A DNA stretch of 30,144 nucleotides from Vulcanimicrobiota bacterium. Its GTDB lineage: Bacteria > Vulcanimicrobiota > Vulcanimicrobiia > Vulcanimicrobiales > Vulcanimicrobiaceae. The notes under the pieces were generated by a model, which did not search any database, was not told where the DNA came from, and was given only the letters and a program-made list of their open reading frames with translations. Positions 25,343 to 30,144 of the stretch are shown here, piece after piece (position 1 is the stretch's first letter; each line of letters opens with the position of its first letter). Location of the stretch: the NCBI GenBank assembly GCA_003135555.1, contig PLCF01000092.1:1-30144 (forward strand), in the 5' to 3' direction. Made by a program: the position numbers and the translations under genes.

Positions 25343-26631
25343 ACCGAAGCGGCTCCGAAGCGGCGTTCGAGGCGGCGCGGCGCGTGATCCCCGGAGGCGT
25401 GAACTCGACGGTTCGCGCCTTCAAAGCGGTCGGCGGCACGCCGGTGTTCGTGCGCACCGCACGCGGGGCGTACCTGACCGACGTCGACGGGAACCGCTAC
25501 CTCGACTACGTGCTCTCGTGGGGCCCGATGATCGCGGGCCACGCGCATCCGGCGGTCGTCGAGGCGGTGCGCGACGCGGCGGAGCACGGGACGTCGTACG
25601 GCACGCCGACCGAGCGCGAGACCGAGCTGGCCGAGCTGATCGTCGACGCCGTGCCGTCGGTAGCGAAGGTGCGTTTCTGCTCGTCGGGGACCGAGGCCAC
25701 GGCGAACGCGATCCGCCTCGCGCGCGGCGTAACCGGACGCGACATGATAATCAAGTTCGCGGGCTGCTACCACGGCTCGGCCGACGCGTTCTTGATCAGT
25801 GCGGGATCGAGCGCGCTCACGATCGGCGTGCCGGACTCCAAGGGCGTCACCGCCGGGACGGCGCGCGACACGATCGTCGTCCCGTACAACGACGCCGCCG
25901 CGGTGCGCGCCGCGTTCGAGCGCAACCCCGAGACGATCGCCTGCGTGATCGTCGAGCCCTACGCGGCCAACATGGGCCTGGTGCTGCCGCTGCCGGGCTT
26001 CCTGCACGCGCTGCGCGCGCTGACGCGCGAGTACGGCGCGCTGCTGATCTTCGACGAGGTCTTGACCGGCTTTCGCGTCGCGCGGGGCGGCGTTCAGGCG
26101 CGCGACGGCGTGCTCCCCGACATCACCACATTGGGCAAGGTGATCGGCGGCGGGCTCCCGGTCGGCGCGTTCGGCGGCCCGGCCGAGATCATGGACCGCC
26201 TCACCCCGGACGGGGACGTCTTCCAGGCCGGAACGCTGTCGGGGAATCCGCTGGCGACGGCGGCCGGAATCGCAACGCTGCGCTTGCTCGGTGACGAGTC
26301 GTATGCGAATCTGGAGCGCTTGGCGAACCGGCTCATCGAGGGCTTGTCGGAGGTCTTCCGCAGCCGCGGCGTCCCGCATGCGGTTGCCACCGCCGGCTCC
26401 CTGCTGGGTTTCTTCTTCACGGATGGTCCGGTCACGGACCTCGCCACTGCCAAAAAGGCGGATACCGCTCTGTACGCGCGCTTCTTCCACGCCATGCTCG
26501 ACCGCGGTTTCTACTTCGCACCGTCGCAGTTCGAAGCTGCGTTCCTGTCGCTCGCCCACGACGACGGTGAGATCGACCGGACCGTCGCCGCCGCCGATGA
26601 CGCCCTCGCCGAGGCCTACGCATGCCGCTAG
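25339..26631 (+). CDS. hemL: Glutamate-1-semialdehyde 2,1-aminomutase
   Basis: IPGGVNS, SWGPMIAGHA, SGTEAT, FDEVLTGFR, LGKVIGGGLPVGA, QAGTLSGNPLA, PSQFEA. Confidence 0.97.
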   Translation: MNRSGSEAAFEAARRVIPGGVNSTVRAFKAVGGTPVFVRTARGAYLTDVDGNRYLDYVLSWGPMIAGHAHPAVVEAVRDAAEHGTSYGTPTERETELAELIVDAVPSVAKVRFCSSGTEATANAIRLARGVTGRDMIIKFAGCYHGSADAFLISAGSSALTIGVPDSKGVTAGTARDTIVVPYNDAAAVRAAFERNPETIACVIVEPYAANMGLVLPLPGFLHALRALTREYGALLIFDEVLTGFRVARGGVQARDGVLPDITTLGKVIGGGLPVGAFGGPAEIMDRLTPDGDVFQAGTLSGNPLATAAGIATLRLLGDESYANLERLANRLIEGLSEVFRSRGVPHAVATAGSLLGFFFTDGPVTDLATAKKADTALYARFFHAMLDRGFYFAPSQFEAAFLSLAHDDGEIDRTVAAADDALAEAYACR

Positions 26632-27935
26632 TGTGTCTGGGGCTCTCGCACCATACGGCGCCGGTCGAGGTCCGCGAGCGGCACGCCTTCGCGCCGCCCA
26701 AGATGGTCGAGGCGCTCGTCGCGCTGCACGACTACGAGGCGGTGCGCGAAGCGCTGATGCTGCAAACCTGCGGCCGGCTCGAGCTCTACGCGGAGCTCGA
26801 CGACTACGAAGACGGGGTCGGCCAGCTCAAAGCGTTCTTGGGCAACTTCCGCCACGGCGACGTCGGCGACATGGACTCGTACATGTACACGCTGCTGGGG
26901 ACGGAGGCGGTCGAGCATCTCTTTCGCGTGAGCACGGGCCTCGACTCGATGCTCATCGGCGAGGCCGAGATCCTCGGGCAGGTCAAGGACGCCTACGTTC
27001 AGGCGCAGCGCGCGCGCTCGGTCGGCAAGACGCTCAACACGCTGTTCCGCGCGGCGCTCGAAGCGGGCAAGTCGGCGCGCACGCACACTGCGATCGCCGA
27101 GGACTCGACCTCGATCGCCGGCGCCGCGGTCGAGTGCGCGAAGCAGCACGTGGCGGACCTGGCGGGCAAATCGGTACTCGTGATCGGCGCCGGCCGGATG
27201 GGTGCGGTCGCGGCACGGCGCTTCAAGGCCGAAGGTGCGCGCGACATCGTCGTGCTGAATCGCTCGCACAAGCGCGCGCAGGAGGTCGCCGACGAGCTTG
27301 GCGGCGGCGCTCGCGCGGCCGAGGTGCCCGGGCTCGTCGACGCGCTGCAGGCGGCCGATCTCGTCGTCACCTCGACCGGGGCGTCGCACTTCATCCTCAC
27401 GCCGGCCAACGTCGCCGAAGCAATGCTCGCGCGGCCGCAGCGGCCGATGTTCATCGTCGACATCGCGGTGCCGCGTGACGTCGATCCCGAGGTCGCGCAG
27501 ATCGACGGGGTCGGTCTGGTCGACATCGACGCGCTCAAAGGCGTCGTCGACGGAACGCTCGAGAAGCGCCGCGAAGCGATTCCGCTCGTCGAGGAGATCA
27601 TCACCGAGCACGTCGAGCGATTCGGGCAATGGTATCACTCGCGCGTCGCAGTGCCGGTGATCGCGTCGTTGACGCAAAAGGCCGAAGCGATTCGCGAAGC
27701 GGAGCTGGAGCGGCTCTTCGCCCGCTGCCCGGATCTGACCGAGCGCCAGCGCATGCTCGTCACCGGGATGTCGCTGACCATCGTCTCGAAATTGTTGCAC
27801 AGCGCGATCGTGCGCATCCGCGACAAGGCCGTCGCGAACCGCGCCGAGGCCCTCAGCGACGCGCAAATCCTCGACGAGCTGTTCGAGTTGCGCGCGCTCG
27901 TCGGCGACCCTTCGACAAGCTCACGCGATGCGTGA
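26622..27935 (+). CDS. hemA: Glutamyl-tRNA reductase
   Basis: GLSHHTAPVEVRE, TCGRLELY, GLDSMLIGEAEILGQVK, IGAGRMG, DIAVPRDVD. Confidence 0.97.
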   Translation: MPLVCLGLSHHTAPVEVRERHAFAPPKMVEALVALHDYEAVREALMLQTCGRLELYAELDDYEDGVGQLKAFLGNFRHGDVGDMDSYMYTLLGTEAVEHLFRVSTGLDSMLIGEAEILGQVKDAYVQAQRARSVGKTLNTLFRAALEAGKSARTHTAIAEDSTSIAGAAVECAKQHVADLAGKSVLVIGAGRMGAVAARRFKAEGARDIVVLNRSHKRAQEVADELGGGARAAEVPGLVDALQAADLVVTSTGASHFILTPANVAEAMLARPQRPMFIVDIAVPRDVDPEVAQIDGVGLVDIDALKGVVDGTLEKRREAIPLVEEIITEHVERFGQWYHSRVAVPVIASLTQKAEAIREAELERLFARCPDLTERQRMLVTGMSLTIVSKLLHSAIVRIRDKAVANRAEALSDAQILDELFELRALVGDPSTSSRDA

Positions 27936-27947
27936 CACCACGTCAGG

Positions 27948-29462
27948 GTGACAGGCGCGGGCCGCGCGGGGAAGGTCTGGCTGGTCGGCGCAGGCCCCGG
28001 CGACCCGGGGCTCTTGACGCTCAAAGGGGCGCGCGCGCTGGCCGGCTGCGACACGCTGGTCTACGACTACTTGGCCTCGCAGGCGATCCTCGAGCTCGCC
28101 CCGCCGCAGTGCGAACGGATCTACGTCGGTAAGCAAGCCGGGCGGCACTCGCTCACCCAAGACGAGATCACCGCGCTGATCGTGAAGCTGGGTCATGACG
28201 GCAAGAAGGTCGTGCGCCTCAAAGGCGGCGACGTCTTCGTCTTCGCGCGCGGCGGTGAAGAGGCGCGGGCGTTGGCCGAAGCGGGCGTTCCGTTCGAGAT
28301 CGTTCCGGGGGTCACGTCGGCGATCGCCGGTCCGGCATACGCGGGCATCCCGGTGACGCACCGTGCGCACAACACGTCCTTCACCGTCGCCACCGGACAC
28401 GAGGACCCGACCAAAGGCGAATCCTCGCTGGATTTCGCGAAGCTCGCCAACCGCAAGGCGACGACGATTTTCCTCATGGCGATGACGAATCTGGCCGCGA
28501 TCACGGCCAAGCTGCGCGAGCACGGTCTCCCCGGCGACACGCCGGTGGGGATCGTGCACGAGGGGACCAAGCCGACTCAGGAAGTTGTCGTGGCGACGCT
28601 CGACACCGTGCTCGACGCGGTCGCGCGCAGCGGAATATCGGCGCCCGCGGTCGTGGTCTTCGGCAACGTAGTAAACGAACGCGAGCACATCCGCTGGTTC
28701 GATGCGCAGCCGCTGTTCGGCAAGCGCGTCCTGGTGACGCGCCCCGCGCACCAAACCGGCGACTTCGCGACGCGGCTGTGGGAAGCCGGCGCCGAGCCGA
28801 TCGTCGCACCGGTGATCGCGATCGTCCCGCCCGACGACATTGCCGCCGCCGCCGCCGCGGTGGCGCGCGTGCGCGACTATGACTGGGTCGCGTTCACCAG
28901 CCGCAACGGGGTCGATGCGTTCTTCGACCGATTGCGTGCGATCGAGCGCGATGCGCGCGCTTTCGGCGACACGAAGGTCGCCGCGATCGGCCCCAAGACC
29001 GCCGCGGCATTGGCGGCGCGCGGCATCCGCGTCGACCTTGTACCGACGACGTTCGTGAACGAAGCCGTGGCAGCCGAGCTGCTCGCGCGCACGCAGCCCG
29101 GCGAGCGCGTTCTGCTCTACCGCGCGCAGGAAGCACGCGACGTGCTGCCCGAGACGCTGCGCCTGCACGGCCGAACCGTCGACGTCGTCGCGGCCTACCG
29201 CACGCGCTTCGTCGACGATCCCGAGCTGGGCGCAAAGACCGAGCGCGCCGACATCGTGACCTTCACCAGCTCGAGCACGGTCGCCGGCTTCGTGCACAAC
29301 GTCCCGGATGCGGCGCGCGCGCTGGCCCCCAAGACGGTCGCCGCGATCGGCCCGATCACCGCGCAAACCGCGCGCGAGCACGGCATCCGCGTGGACGTCG
29401 TCGCCGACGAGTTCACCGTCGACGGCTTGCTCTTCGCCCTCGCGGAGCCCGCGGCCGTCTGA
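27948..29462 (+). CDS. cobA: Fused uroporphyrinogen-III C-methyltransferase / uroporphyrinogen-III synthase (CobA-HemD)
   Basis: VGAGPGDPGLLT, RLKGGD, RGGEE, GIPVTHR, followed by PLFGKRVLVTR, FTSRNGV, FTSSSTV, AIGPITA. Confidence 0.95.
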   Translation: MTGAGRAGKVWLVGAGPGDPGLLTLKGARALAGCDTLVYDYLASQAILELAPPQCERIYVGKQAGRHSLTQDEITALIVKLGHDGKKVVRLKGGDVFVFARGGEEARALAEAGVPFEIVPGVTSAIAGPAYAGIPVTHRAHNTSFTVATGHEDPTKGESSLDFAKLANRKATTIFLMAMTNLAAITAKLREHGLPGDTPVGIVHEGTKPTQEVVVATLDTVLDAVARSGISAPAVVVFGNVVNEREHIRWFDAQPLFGKRVLVTRPAHQTGDFATRLWEAGAEPIVAPVIAIVPPDDIAAAAAAVARVRDYDWVAFTSRNGVDAFFDRLRAIERDARAFGDTKVAAIGPKTAAALAARGIRVDLVPTTFVNEAVAAELLARTQPGERVLLYRAQEARDVLPETLRLHGRTVDVVAAYRTRFVDDPELGAKTERADIVTFTSSSTVAGFVHNVPDAARALAPKTVAAIGPITAQTAREHGIRVDVVADEFTVDGLLFALAEPAAV

Positions 29463-30144
29463 GACCGCTCGACGTTCTCATCGGCGCGGTCTGTGCCGGA
29501 GCGCTGGCATTCGTCGCCTGGCGCGTCGGGGCGCTGACGCGGGGGGGCGCGCTCGCGGCGCTCGTCGTCGGAACCCTGACCTACGCCGCCGGAACGATCG
29601 AATTCGCGCTGGTGTTGCTGGCGTTCTTCGTGCCGTCGGTCGCGCTGTCGCGCCTGGGCCGCGCGCGCAAGCGCGCGCTGGTCGATATTGGAAAGACCGG
29701 TCCACGCGATGCGCGCCAAGTGCTCGCCAACGGCGGCATCGCGACGCTGTGCGCCGTGGGGTTCGCAGTCACGCACGACGTCTTTTGGACCGCAGCGTTC
29801 GCAGGCGCCTACGCAGCCGCGACGGCGGACACCTGGGCGACCGAGATCGGCACGCTGGCCGGCCGGGCACCGCGCTCGATCCTGACCTGGCGCCCCGTCG
29901 CGACCGGAATGTCGGGTGGGGTCACGCTGGCCGGCACGCTCGCCGAGCTCGCCGGCGCGCTATGGATCGGACTGGTCGCGCTGCTCGCGGCCGTGCTCGC
30001 GCTGGTGATCGCGAACGGCGACTTCGGCTTGAGCTTCGGTTATAGCCTGAGCTTCCGGGCGCCCAGCCTCACGGCGGTCGGCCTGGTGGTGATCGCGGTG
30101 GTCGCGCTTGGGGGCGTCGCCGGCGCGACGGCGGACTCGCTCCT
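29459..30144 (+). CDS. DUF92 (TMEM19-like) membrane protein, 3'-truncated, probable CTG start
   Basis: Read by hand (absent from the ORF track): RDARQVLANGG, ADTWATEIG, GMSGGVTLAGT; multiple TMs; frame open to the window end. Confidence 0.88.
   Translation, partial: MRPLDVLIGAVCAGALAFVAWRVGALTRGGALAALVVGTLTYAAGTIEFALVLLAFFVPSVALSRLGRARKRALVDIGKTGPRDARQVLANGGIATLCAVGFAVTHDVFWTAAFAGAYAAATADTWATEIGTLAGRAPRSILTWRPVATGMSGGVTLAGTLAELAGALWIGLVALLAAVLALVIANGDFGLSFGYSLSFRAPSLTAVGLVVIAVVALGGVAGATADSL

Noticed and set aside
27921..27935. Palindrome TCACGC-GAT-GCGTGA at the hemA stop
   Set aside because: Only 6 bp, inside coding sequence in mid-operon, with no U-tract or promoter context.
29541..29547. 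G7 homopolymer as a phase-variation tract
   Set aside because: Short, in frame, and encodes the family-typical R-G-G segment.
1..30144. CRISPR arrays, tRNA/rRNA genes, IS elements, prophage or defence genes
   Set aside because: No spaced direct repeats, tRNA-like cloverleaf with conserved loops, transposase or integrase was seen; intergenic gaps are all under about 180 bp.

Overview
GC-rich bacterial chromosomal window of about 32 tightly packed genes, mostly housekeeping and respiratory. Gene content and style tentatively suggest a Terrabacteria soil lineage such as Ca. Eremiobacterota; this is an unverified inference. Order: partial MFS transporter; glutaredoxin-like gene; TIGR00300-type ornithine cyclodeaminase-like gene; rsmI-metG-(TonB-like orphan, antisense)-tatD-corA; menG-polyprenyl synthase-tatA-tatC; a small AT-richer secreted orphan; System II cytochrome c maturation (resB/ccsA); cytochrome c; selO; small genes (DUF3052-like, RRM, DUF2630); Rieske plus a fused cytochrome b/subunit IV/cytochrome c; ArnT-like glycosyltransferase; a tetrapyrrole operon (sirC-hemC-hemD' fusion, hemB, mobA, hemL, hemA, cobA-hemD); partial DUF92 gene. 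The strongest hidden signal is that the glutaredoxin 'stop' TGA (1128-1130, minus) is probably selenocysteine. It gives a C-terminal G-U-T-V-Y-stop and is followed by an 8-bp SECIS-like hairpin with a GGUC loop, which lies antisense within the tail of the convergent MFS gene. Other notable points: a cytochrome b lacking both the PEWY glutamate (PAWY) and the helix-B arginine, divergent genes sharing a CATG start, a probable CTG start codon, a highly structured intergenic element before menG, and several probable leaderless promoters. No tRNA, rRNA, CRISPR array or transposase was seen.
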